Shown in pieces: positions 38,601 to 46,909 of a stretch of 64,000 nt of DNA. The stretch is taken from positions 1 to 64,000 of IMG/VR virus record IMGVR_UViG_3300030333_001364; one strand, written 5' to 3'. Within the stretch, counting starts at the first letter, position 1. Every line of letters begins with the position of its first letter. Source of the DNA: a virus. Its lineage: Duplodnaviria > Caudoviricetes. Under the pieces are notes generated by a model. It made no database searches. It saw nothing but the letters and a program-made list of their open reading frames with translations, and had not been told where the DNA came from. A program made the translations under genes and the position numbers.

Positions 38601-38939
38601 ATGGCAGTCCCAGTTGTAAATATACAAATTGAACAGGGGACTGATTTCTCTGCCACATTCTTTGTGACAGATGCAAACGGTTCCGACCTCAATCTAGTCA
38701 ATCATAGTATTGATGGTAAGATGAGAAAGCACCCAGAATCAGAAGGTTACATTGGTTTTGGTGTTACTTTTGGTTCCGAACCTCTTGATGGGAAAATAGT
38801 TTTATCATTGACTAATGCACAGACAGGTATCATTACTGCTGGCAGATATAATTATGATGTCATAGTAACCAATGACACTACCAGTAAGAAGACTAAGGTA
38901 ATTACTGGTCAAGCACAAGTAAACGGAACTGTGTCCTAA
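38601..38939 (+). CDS. Small virion structural protein
   Basis: NIQIEQGTDF..GRYNYDV beta-sandwich type, recalled from T4-like fibre clusters. Confidence 0.7.
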   Translation: MAVPVVNIQIEQGTDFSATFFVTDANGSDLNLVNHSIDGKMRKHPESEGYIGFGVTFGSEPLDGKIVLSLTNAQTGIITAGRYNYDVIVTNDTTSKKTKVITGQAQVNGTVS

Positions 38940-39331
38940 TGAGAGTTCGCCTTGCTAACAGTAGTTTTCATGTTCGCATAGGAAAGGGATCATCCTTCTC
39001 CAATGCTTCTGGACTCAAGGTAAAATTAGGAGGCGGTGGCGGTTCAGGCTCTGGAGGATCCGACGTGGAAAGACTATCAGAACTAACTGATGTTAATATA
39101 ACTAACCTAACTTCAAGTACTAATAGGTTTGTTTTAGTTTATGATGCACCTACATCATCATTCAAATTTGTAAATCCTGATGAGGTAATAGATGCAGCAG
39201 TTGGGTCTGGAACTGTGCCAGGTGGTGCTCCTGCTGCTGGAGGATTATCAGCAGATTCCTTAGGATATATTGAGAACGAGATGGACGATAGATTGGATAA
39301 TAAGATAGATTTAGACGCTGGAACTTTCTAA
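38939..39331 (+). CDS. Fibre-associated hypothetical protein
   Basis: Gly linker, LSELTDV motif and DAGTF C-terminus. Confidence 0.65.
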   Translation: MRVRLANSSFHVRIGKGSSFSNASGLKVKLGGGGGSGSGGSDVERLSELTDVNITNLTSSTNRFVLVYDAPTSSFKFVNPDEVIDAAVGSGTVPGGAPAAGGLSADSLGYIENEMDDRLDNKIDLDAGTF

Positions 39332-39334
39332 ATA
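39328..39334 (+). promoter_or_regulatory. Late promoter
   Basis: CTAAATA upstream of the tail-fibre gene. Confidence 0.5.
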
Positions 39335-39427
39335 GTAACATAGTGCTGTCCTTACAGCTTTTTTGAAAGGTACATACCAAATAGAGAATGTTATAAACAC
39401 AATACTCTAGGAGAGTAGTATAGAAAA

Positions 39428-42154
39428 ATGCCCGCACCTATTTTAAAGTTTAAAAGGGGTAATCTAGTTGATTTACCCGCCTTACAAGCTGGTGAACCGG
39501 GTTTTACAGTCGACAAGTATGACTTGTTTGTCGGTATAAACTCCACCAGTAACGGTAACAAAATAGTTGGTTCTGCAAGGTATTGGACAAGAGAAACCAC
39601 AACAGCTGGTTCAGGTGTCAACCTAGTAGAAGGAACAGATAATGGCACAAGTGCCATAACAATCAAAGCACCAGCAAGTTTGGCTGGTGATCAAACATAT
39701 ATTTTTCCAGGTTCACCTACATCAGGTGGTTTCCTAAGAAGTGATGGAAGTGGAAACCTAACTTGGGATACAGGTTCAGGATTCAATGGAGGATCATTCC
39801 CTCTAAGTGCACTAGACATAGATGGTGGTACTGATATAGGTGCTGCTATAGTTGATGCTGACGAATTTATAGTAGATGATGGTGGTAGCGGTACAAATAG
39901 AAAGGTAGACGCTTCAAGAATAAAAGATTACGTCTTGGGTGGCGGTCAAGGTGCTAACTTTAGTGCTATAAACGTCAGTGGTATTACAACTGCCACATTC
40001 CTCAAGTCCACTACAGCAGTTATTGGTGCTGGTTTGACAGTTACAGGAGCATTGGATGTAGATTCCACCTCTAACTTCGCTAACACCGTTACAATTGCTT
40101 CTGGTGGTGCTAACGTAACAGGTACAGTTTCTGCAACACAGTTCACTGGATCTGGTGCAGGATTATCTGCTGGTACAACACCTATCTCAACACTAGACAT
40201 TGATGGTGCTACCGATATCGGTGCTGCAATAGTTGATGCTGACGAGTTCATCGTTGACGATGGTGGTAATGGTACTAATAGAAAGGTAGATGCTTCAAGA
40301 ATAAAGGACTACGTTCTTGGTGGTGGACAAGGTGCTAACTTTGCTGCTATAGCAGTATCTGGTATTACTACAGTTGCATACGTAGATGCTACACAACTAA
40401 AAGTATCTGGTATCTCAACATTTACTGGACAGACAAACCACTCAACAATCAATGCTTCAAGCACTATTACTGGTACTGCATTCCATACAGGTGCTGAAGG
40501 ATCTGCAATCAGAGTTACATCAAACACAATCTCAGGTCCTGCAACAATCACTCTTGACCCTGCGGGTGTAGGTGATAACTCAGGTAAGGTTGTAATCGCT
40601 GGTGACTTCCAAGTAGACGGTACAACAACTACAGTCAACTCAACCACTATGACAGTGGATGATAAGAACCTTGAGTTGGGTACAGGTGCTGCTAACGATG
40701 CTGCTGCTAATGGTGGTGGTATTACAATCGTATCTGGTGAAGGTAACAAGACATTCCAGTTTGAAGCAACAGGTGACAACCTAGGATCTTCTGAGAACCT
40801 AAACATTGCATCTGGTAAAGCATATAAGATCAATAACACATCAGTTCTAAATGCAACGACTCTTGGATCTGCTGTTGTAAACAGTTCTCTTACTAATGTT
40901 GGTACACTAACTGGTTTATCTGTAAATGGTACTGCATCTGTTACAGGTCAGATCACAGCAGGAGATCTAAGAAATTCTAGTGATGGTCTAATACCTTTAG
41001 TTGGTGTTCAAACTGCATCTGGTCACTCAGGTTTAGTTACAGCATTCAAGTTCAGAGGATCTGGTCTTGATAACTTCATCGTTTCAGATGGTGTTGCTGA
41101 CGTTATCCTAACTGGTGTTGCTGCAACAACATATACATCAAGACAGACACATACTGCTACACAAGGTCAAACTACTTTCACAGTATCTGCTGGATACTCA
41201 GAAGGATTCATTGATGTTTATCAGAACGGTGTTCGTCTTATAAACGGTACAGATTACTCTGCTGAAAACGGATCTACATTCGTTATGACAGAGGGTGCAA
41301 CTGTAGGAGATGAGTTTGAATCAGTAGCATGGAAGACATTAGGTAACGTAGCAACTCTACAAAACCTAAACGTTGTAGACAATCTAACGGTTACAGGAGT
41401 CACGACCTCAGGTACATTTGTCGGTGATATAACGGGAGACATAACGGGTTCTCTTGCCAATGCAACCGCAAATACTCTACCTCTTGCTGTAATAGACATT
41501 GACGGTGGTACTGATATAGGTGCTGCAATAACTGATGGTGATCTATTCATCGTTGATGACGGTGCTGGTGGTACAAACAGAAAGACTGCTGCTTCCAGAA
41601 TCAAGGACTATGTTCTTGGTGGTGGACAGGGTGCTAACTTCTCTGCTATCAATGTTTCTGGTATAACAACTGCAACATTCCTCAAGTCAACAACTGCAAC
41701 AGTTGGTGCTGGACTAACAGTCACAGGTGCATTAGATGTAGACGGTGTAGCAGACTTTGCTACGAACGTGACAATCGGTGGAAACCTAACAGTCAACGGT
41801 ACAACAACCCAGATCAATACCGTAAACACAACCATTGAAGATACATTACTTGAACTTCAAAAGGTTGATGGTGGTGCTCTAAGTTCAGACACCAACAAGG
41901 ACGTTGGTTTAGTCATGAACTACTACAGTGGATCTGCTAAGAAAGCAGCGTTCTACTGGGATGACAGTGCTGCAAGATTTGTTCTTGCTGGAGAAGCATC
42001 TGAGACATCTGGAGTCATGTCACCAAGTGCATACGGTGGACTAGAGGTGGGTTCCTTATACGTGAATGATTGTGCAGGACAATCACAAGTTATTTCATGT
42101 TCTGGAACAACAAGAAGTCTGGAGAATATAACAGTGGATGGTGGCTCGTTCTAA
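39428..42154 (+). CDS. Tail fibre protein with three internal repeats
   Basis: KFKRG..P.LQAGEP N-terminal anchor; G/T/A-rich; DIDGGTDIGAAI..RIKDYVLGGGQGANF three times. Confidence 0.8.
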   Translation: MPAPILKFKRGNLVDLPALQAGEPGFTVDKYDLFVGINSTSNGNKIVGSARYWTRETTTAGSGVNLVEGTDNGTSAITIKAPASLAGDQTYIFPGSPTSGGFLRSDGSGNLTWDTGSGFNGGSFPLSALDIDGGTDIGAAIVDADEFIVDDGGSGTNRKVDASRIKDYVLGGGQGANFSAINVSGITTATFLKSTTAVIGAGLTVTGALDVDSTSNFANTVTIASGGANVTGTVSATQFTGSGAGLSAGTTPISTLDIDGATDIGAAIVDADEFIVDDGGNGTNRKVDASRIKDYVLGGGQGANFAAIAVSGITTVAYVDATQLKVSGISTFTGQTNHSTINASSTITGTAFHTGAEGSAIRVTSNTISGPATITLDPAGVGDNSGKVVIAGDFQVDGTTTTVNSTTMTVDDKNLELGTGAANDAAANGGGITIVSGEGNKTFQFEATGDNLGSSENLNIASGKAYKINNTSVLNATTLGSAVVNSSLTNVGTLTGLSVNGTASVTGQITAGDLRNSSDGLIPLVGVQTASGHSGLVTAFKFRGSGLDNFIVSDGVADVILTGVAATTYTSRQTHTATQGQTTFTVSAGYSEGFIDVYQNGVRLINGTDYSAENGSTFVMTEGATVGDEFESVAWKTLGNVATLQNLNVVDNLTVTGVTTSGTFVGDITGDITGSLANATANTLPLAVIDIDGGTDIGAAITDGDLFIVDDGAGGTNRKTAASRIKDYVLGGGQGANFSAINVSGITTATFLKSTTATVGAGLTVTGALDVDGVADFATNVTIGGNLTVNGTTTQINTVNTTIEDTLLELQKVDGGALSSDTNKDVGLVMNYYSGSAKKAAFYWDDSAARFVLAGEASETSGVMSPSAYGGLEVGSLYVNDCAGQSQVISCSGTTRSLENITVDGGSF

Positions 42155-42177
42155 CACGAGTAAAAAGTGATATAATT

Positions 42178-42203
42178 AGGGGTGTATACACACCCCTTTT
42201 TTT
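42178..42203 (+). terminator. Intrinsic terminator
   Basis: AGGGGTGT/ACACCCCT stem followed by a T-run. Confidence 0.75.
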
Positions 42204-42404
42204 ATGGATCAAGTTCAAGAACTACAACAACTATTACAAATCTATATCAGACGTTTGAATGAAGAGACATCAAAGTCAATAGCATTTGAAGCAAGAATAG
42301 TGCAGTTGATAAATCAGATAAACTCTATGCAACCAGAAGGTAAGGATGCTGGTAATTTTACAGCACCTAAAAAGAATGTAGGGAGAGGTAAGACAGCGAA
42401 GTAA
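42204..42404 (+). CDS. Small coiled-coil protein, possible fibre chaperone
   Basis: Heptad pattern; follows the fibre gene. Confidence 0.6.
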   Translation: MDQVQELQQLLQIYIRRLNEETSKSIAFEARIVQLINQINSMQPEGKDAGNFTAPKKNVGRGKTAK

Positions 42405-42934
42405 TGGACTCGTATTTCAATGGAATCTGGAAAGACACGAATTATCAATTTCTTAAGTATAGCGGCTATAGTCTGGTCGATTACGTTAATAATCAGAGAC
42501 CTGATAGCGTCCTAGATGTAGGATGTGGTTACAATAGACTCAAGGGAAAGATACATCATCTTATAGGGATAGACCCCTATAATGATTGTGCTGACATGAA
42601 AATATCGTTGGAGGAATTGGTAACAAATCCTGATGATCCCATATATCAGAAGAGTGCATTTGATATAGTGTTGTGTCTAGGGTCTATAAACTTTGGTGAT
42701 GAGAAAAATATTGACAATCAACTAAGGTTATTGCATCCGTTGTTTAGAAAGGAGATGATATTCAGAGTAAATCCTGGCATACCACATAGAGGTGTAGAAG
42801 GTATTGAATGGTTTGGGTGGTCACAGAAAAAGATATACTCAGTTGCAAGAAAGTATAATTATTTTGTAAAAGATCTAAAAATGGAATACACAGAACAAAA
42901 CGATCTTAGATATTACTTCGTATATGCCAAATAA
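42404..42934 (+). CDS. Class I SAM-dependent methyltransferase
   Basis: VLDVGCG, GIDP and FDIVLCLGS motifs. Confidence 0.85.
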   Translation: MDSYFNGIWKDTNYQFLKYSGYSLVDYVNNQRPDSVLDVGCGYNRLKGKIHHLIGIDPYNDCADMKISLEELVTNPDDPIYQKSAFDIVLCLGSINFGDEKNIDNQLRLLHPLFRKEMIFRVNPGIPHRGVEGIEWFGWSQKKIYSVARKYNYFVKDLKMEYTEQNDLRYYFVYAK

Positions 42935-43832
42935 AGTACCACTTCTGATGAATGGAGGAGTATCCTTCGCTGCTACCACACCATTGTGGTACACATTGCA
43001 GTGGGATAATAAGATATGTCATACTGGGAATCGTAAGAAGACTCACTGGTTGACTATTCTACAGTTCATGGAAGCAGAGAAGTATGGTTATAAGCAATAC
43101 GTAGATCAGAATGGTAGAACATGGCACGATTGGGCAAGAAAACATCAACAGACACCTTTTGAACCACCATCTACATCAAAACCAGCATTTCTACAGAAGT
43201 CAACTTTTACACGAGAAGAGGAGATAGAGTTATACTCATTACCAACATCCCTTGAAAAGTATATTGAATATTTTACAAGACATTATCATAATTTGAATGG
43301 TGAGTACAAGTATGTTGCTGACTTCTCCAATAAGATTTGCTGTTTACATCCAGAGTTCTTGATGGATATACGTGACAGAATGCTAGAAGCATTTGACATA
43401 AAGGTAACTCTACTTTTTAGAGACCCAGTTCGTAGAATATGGTCTAACTGTAAATGCAATATGGATAAGGTGTTTCGTAAATCAGCAGATAAGAAACCAC
43501 AGTGGCACTATGATAGGATGTATCAATACCATGTAGATGCATGGGGTGAAGAGAATGTTTATCCAATTATAATGGAGGATGTGTGGCAAGATCCTAGTGG
43601 GTTAGCAGACTTCTTAGATGTGAAGATTGACAAGATGCATAGGAATTGCTACTGGCCAGAGAGAGGTATGGATATACCAAAGTATGAATGGTTGAGAGAT
43701 CAATGGCAATGGGAGGTACGACCTGTACCATATGATTACTTGAGGGAGAAGTTAGATTTTCTATATGTAAATTTTGAAAAGAAGTTTGGGTACATACCTA
43801 AGGAGTGGCGTAAAAGAGAATTTGATATATGA
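42924..43832 (+). CDS. Sulfotransferase-fold protein
   Basis: GVSFAATT, HTGNRKK, FRDPVRR and DQW motifs. Confidence 0.7.
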   Translation: MPNKVPLLMNGGVSFAATTPLWYTLQWDNKICHTGNRKKTHWLTILQFMEAEKYGYKQYVDQNGRTWHDWARKHQQTPFEPPSTSKPAFLQKSTFTREEEIELYSLPTSLEKYIEYFTRHYHNLNGEYKYVADFSNKICCLHPEFLMDIRDRMLEAFDIKVTLLFRDPVRRIWSNCKCNMDKVFRKSADKKPQWHYDRMYQYHVDAWGEENVYPIIMEDVWQDPSGLADFLDVKIDKMHRNCYWPERGMDIPKYEWLRDQWQWEVRPVPYDYLREKLDFLYVNFEKKFGYIPKEWRKREFDI

Positions 43833-44737
43833 AGATACCATTTCTCTTCAATGTTGGGTGTGCATATTGTGCTACCAGTCCTCTATGGCGTACTCTCCAG
43901 CACGATACAAAGTATCTGCATACAGGACATCGTAAGAAGACACACTGGTTATACGTCTTACAATACCAAGATCAATTTCAGTGGAATAGGGAGCAGCAAG
44001 ATAACAAAGGTGCTCTAGCAAGTTACAATAGATGGCAGGGTAGAGCATCTAAGTTTCTTGCAGTACCAAGAGGACATCTGATAAGTGATGACTCAAGAGA
44101 AGAGACAAAGTTTACTAGAGAAGAAGATAACTATTTCTTTTCTCTACCTACATCTATAGAAAAATACATTGAATATTACAAAAGACATTGGGACTACTTG
44201 GATGGAGAGTATAAGTCAGTAGGTGATTTTTCTAACAAACCAGCAATCATGGATGAGGATTACCTCTGCTATCTTCGTGATGCACTGTCTGATCACTTTG
44301 ATATCAAGGTCACTATGATCTTTAGAGACCCTGTTCGTAAGATATGGTCTAATGCATTTACTCAGTATGACAGGATATACACACCTAAAGGTAATGTGCA
44401 AAAGTCATCACTGTACCATGAGATATATGAAAAGCATGTCAGAGTATGGGGTAAGGACAAAGTATTCCCTATGGTGATGGAAAGAATATGGGAAGACCCT
44501 ACTGAATTATCTAATTTTTTGAATCATCCGATACCAAAAATGCACAGAAATGTATATTATCCTGAGAGAGGAACTAATAGAGATGAGTTTTCTGAGTTTC
44601 CTGATCAATGGGTAAATGAGAAAAATCCTATAGACTATGACAGGATGCGAGAAGAGTTTGATTGGTTATATAAAAGTTATGAAAAGACATTTGGAGAGAT
44701 ACCAAGTGAATGGTGTAAAAAAGATATAGATAAATAA
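43829..44737 (+). CDS. Sulfotransferase-fold protein (tandem paralog)
   Basis: GCAYCATS, HTGHRKK, FRDPVRK and DQW motifs. Confidence 0.7.
   Translation: MKIPFLFNVGCAYCATSPLWRTLQHDTKYLHTGHRKKTHWLYVLQYQDQFQWNREQQDNKGALASYNRWQGRASKFLAVPRGHLISDDSREETKFTREEDNYFFSLPTSIEKYIEYYKRHWDYLDGEYKSVGDFSNKPAIMDEDYLCYLRDALSDHFDIKVTMIFRDPVRKIWSNAFTQYDRIYTPKGNVQKSSLYHEIYEKHVRVWGKDKVFPMVMERIWEDPTELSNFLNHPIPKMHRNVYYPERGTNRDEFSEFPDQWVNEKNPIDYDRMREEFDWLYKSYEKTFGEIPSEWCKKDIDK
44729..44736 (+). promoter_or_regulatory. Late promoter
   Basis: GATAAATA upstream of the ferritin-like gene; a second TAAATA at 44752. Confidence 0.55.
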
Positions 44738-44759
44738 CAGTGTAGATAAGTTAAATACA

Positions 44760-45434
44760 ATGCTTTCTGGAACCGATTTCGTCAAGAAGATCAAAGAGGG
44801 AAACAAAGAACTATTTGAAGCATCACGCTCAAACGTTCGTCGTTTCTTCGCTTCCAACCCAAGTGATGAGTATCTAGTCGAGCATTTTCGTGGACGCATG
44901 GTCAACGAAGCTCAGAATATGTACGCTATCGCTGGTCAGGTTGCTACCGCAGATCCTTCTACAGACGTAAAAGACTTAGAACTTCTAAGCCGTCAAGCTA
45001 TGGACGAAGCAAAGCACTTCCGCATGGTAAAGGAAGTTATCGAGCACATCACAGGAGAAGAACTTGATGTTGCTGCTGCATTCAAGGCAGAAGCAGAAGC
45101 TCCACAGGCAAAAGGTGCATCACTTTTAGATAAGTACGAAGCATCTAATGATGAAGCTGCACTTGCTGCATACCAATTGGTAGCAGAAGGAAGAGCAGAA
45201 GCAGTATGGAATGAAATGGCAGAATGTGTAGAAGATAAGTTCATCTCTTCACGTTATGCAACTATCGCTAAAGACGAAGGATTCCACTCAAACCTAGGTG
45301 GAAGAGCACTTTCAAAATTAGTTGAAGGTAGCGAAGCACTTCAGTCTCACGTACTTGCTTTAGTAGAAAAAATGAGAGCAGACCTCTTAGAGATCAGCAA
45401 TCAGAACACTGCTACTCCTCTAGCCGTTGTCTAA
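44760..45434 (+). CDS. Ferritin-like diiron-carboxylate protein
   Basis: All-helical with an E...DEAKH...E...DEGFH ligand pattern (two ExxH). Confidence 0.75.
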   Translation: MLSGTDFVKKIKEGNKELFEASRSNVRRFFASNPSDEYLVEHFRGRMVNEAQNMYAIAGQVATADPSTDVKDLELLSRQAMDEAKHFRMVKEVIEHITGEELDVAAAFKAEAEAPQAKGASLLDKYEASNDEAALAAYQLVAEGRAEAVWNEMAECVEDKFISSRYATIAKDEGFHSNLGGRALSKLVEGSEALQSHVLALVEKMRADLLEISNQNTATPLAVV

Positions 45435-46032
45435 AGGGTCTACGTCCCTTACGGATCTCATTATCTAACCAATGTTCTTTGATGGGATAGACATACTTAT
45501 GATTGGCATCGACAGTTACAAAATTGTCGATGCCTTCTTTCGTTACAGGGAACTCTAATATTCTCCCTAGGTACTCCATGTACCTTTCTTTGTATAAGAA
45601 AAATGCCTCGTGGTCTATGAAATGGTGTCTAAGATCTGCATAGTAATCTAGTGCAATATCCATAGTCACTTCACCACCAACTCTTTTTTGCTGTAGTTCG
45701 TTTATATTTCTATCTCTACATACAACCGCAATGATCGGTTCTACTCCCATGGTGACTGCTCTATAAGCAACCTCCCTGATCTTTGGTGTGCGTCTGACAC
45801 CATCATAGAAGAATGGTACAGATACATTTACACAGAAGAAGTCTCCTTCTGGGAATTCTAATTCCTCTGGGTATACCCAGTATCTGGCAAATGGTTCCTC
45901 ATCACTTGGCACCCAATAATTATCTTTGAGTGCATCCCATCCTTTGACCATGGGGTGTGCTGAGAGAAGTCTTGCGAAGAGATGGTTACCAGAACCCTGT
46001 GGTCCTGTAACGATTAGTAATTTTTTACTCAT
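45412..46032 (-). CDS. P-loop/sulfotransferase-fold protein
   Basis: IVTGPQGSGNH loop and a strand ending in RD. Confidence 0.6.
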   Translation of the reverse strand: MSKKLLIVTGPQGSGNHLFARLLSAHPMVKGWDALKDNYWVPSDEEPFARYWVYPEELEFPEGDFFCVNVSVPFFYDGVRRTPKIREVAYRAVTMGVEPIIAVVCRDRNINELQQKRVGGEVTMDIALDYYADLRHHFIDHEAFFLYKERYMEYLGRILEFPVTKEGIDNFVTVDANHKYVYPIKEHWLDNEIRKGRRPFRQRLEE

Positions 46033-46819
46033 AGGTCACCCACTTTTGTTCTTCAGTAAGGTCGATGTTTGCAGTGTTTCCTGTTCCTACAGGATCAAAT
46101 GAATTTTCTGGTTGACAGCATATTGGTTCTGAACCCTCATCATACGCATGATCTGTTTGCTTATAGTGCGGTTTATCTGGTAAGTTTGGATTCCATGGAG
46201 ATGGACATGCTGTTCTATTGCAGTCGTCTAGAGGACTGTCTTGTATGTAAGAAATATATTTGTCATTAGCATCTAATTCTAATATCTCACTGATCTTATC
46301 TCTCTTGTACCATGCGATTGGCATGCCGATATCTAAAGATTTTAGGTACTCCTCTTTGTAAAGGTACAGAAGTTCGTAACTGAGGAAAACAGGTTTATAA
46401 AAACCAGACAACTGATCCAAGAAGTACCTAACCGTAGACTCTCCCCTAAGTCTCGTCTGCTGATGTCTAAGAATATTCTGGTCGCGTCCGACCACACAAA
46501 TTCTAACCTTTATCCCAAGTGACTCGACCTTATTTGCAAACTGCATGATGTTTGGACGTCTTATAGTCCCTAATTCCTTGATGCCGAGTGGGACACTAAT
46601 CGAGGTAAAATAATATTCGCTTTGTGACCAATCAAATTCGTCAAGTAACTCTGGATCTTTCCAGTACTTAGCGAAGGGTTCTGATATACGGTGTGCCTCC
46701 CAGTAATTATCCAGAAGACTTTTCCACCCAAAAACATCATCGTGTAGTGAGAAGATTTTTGACCACAGATGGTTGCCCGATCCTTGAGGTCCTGTGAGTA
46801 TCACGAGTGTCTTGTCCAT
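46025..46819 (-). CDS. P-loop/sulfotransferase-fold protein (paralog)
   Basis: ILTGPQGSGNH, EPFA.YW, GRDQN, LSYE and DAN.KY motifs, most shared with the neighbour. Confidence 0.6.
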   Translation of the reverse strand: MDKTLVILTGPQGSGNHLWSKIFSLHDDVFGWKSLLDNYWEAHRISEPFAKYWKDPELLDEFDWSQSEYYFTSISVPLGIKELGTIRRPNIMQFANKVESLGIKVRICVVGRDQNILRHQQTRLRGESTVRYFLDQLSGFYKPVFLSYELLYLYKEEYLKSLDIGMPIAWYKRDKISEILELDANDKYISYIQDSPLDDCNRTACPSPWNPNLPDKPHYKQTDHAYDEGSEPICCQPENSFDPVGTGNTANIDLTEEQKWVTYE

Positions 46820-46851
46820 ACCTAAAATTGAAACCCATACTAATTATAACA

Positions 46852-46859
46852 CATAAATA
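46852..46859 (+). promoter_or_regulatory. Late promoter
   Basis: CATAAATA upstream of the second fibre gene. Confidence 0.6.
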
Positions 46860-46909
46860 CTGCTGTGACAGTGTCTACTGTTTTTTGATAGGTATATACC
46901 ACATTAGGA

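Noticed and set aside
39811-41742. Tail-fibre repeats as a DGR template/variable pair
   Set aside because: Differences are mostly synonymous rather than adenine-specific, all copies are in-frame, and no reverse transcriptase is present in the window.
44760-45434. Calling the diiron protein PTOX, NrdB or ferritin proper
   Set aside because: It lacks the family-specific motifs I would recognise; only the generic ExxH pattern is supported.
46864-46878. TGTGACA-GTGTCTAC, resembling fused half-sites of the early palindrome
   Set aside because: No spacer and no correctly spaced -10 box; a single instance that may be chance.
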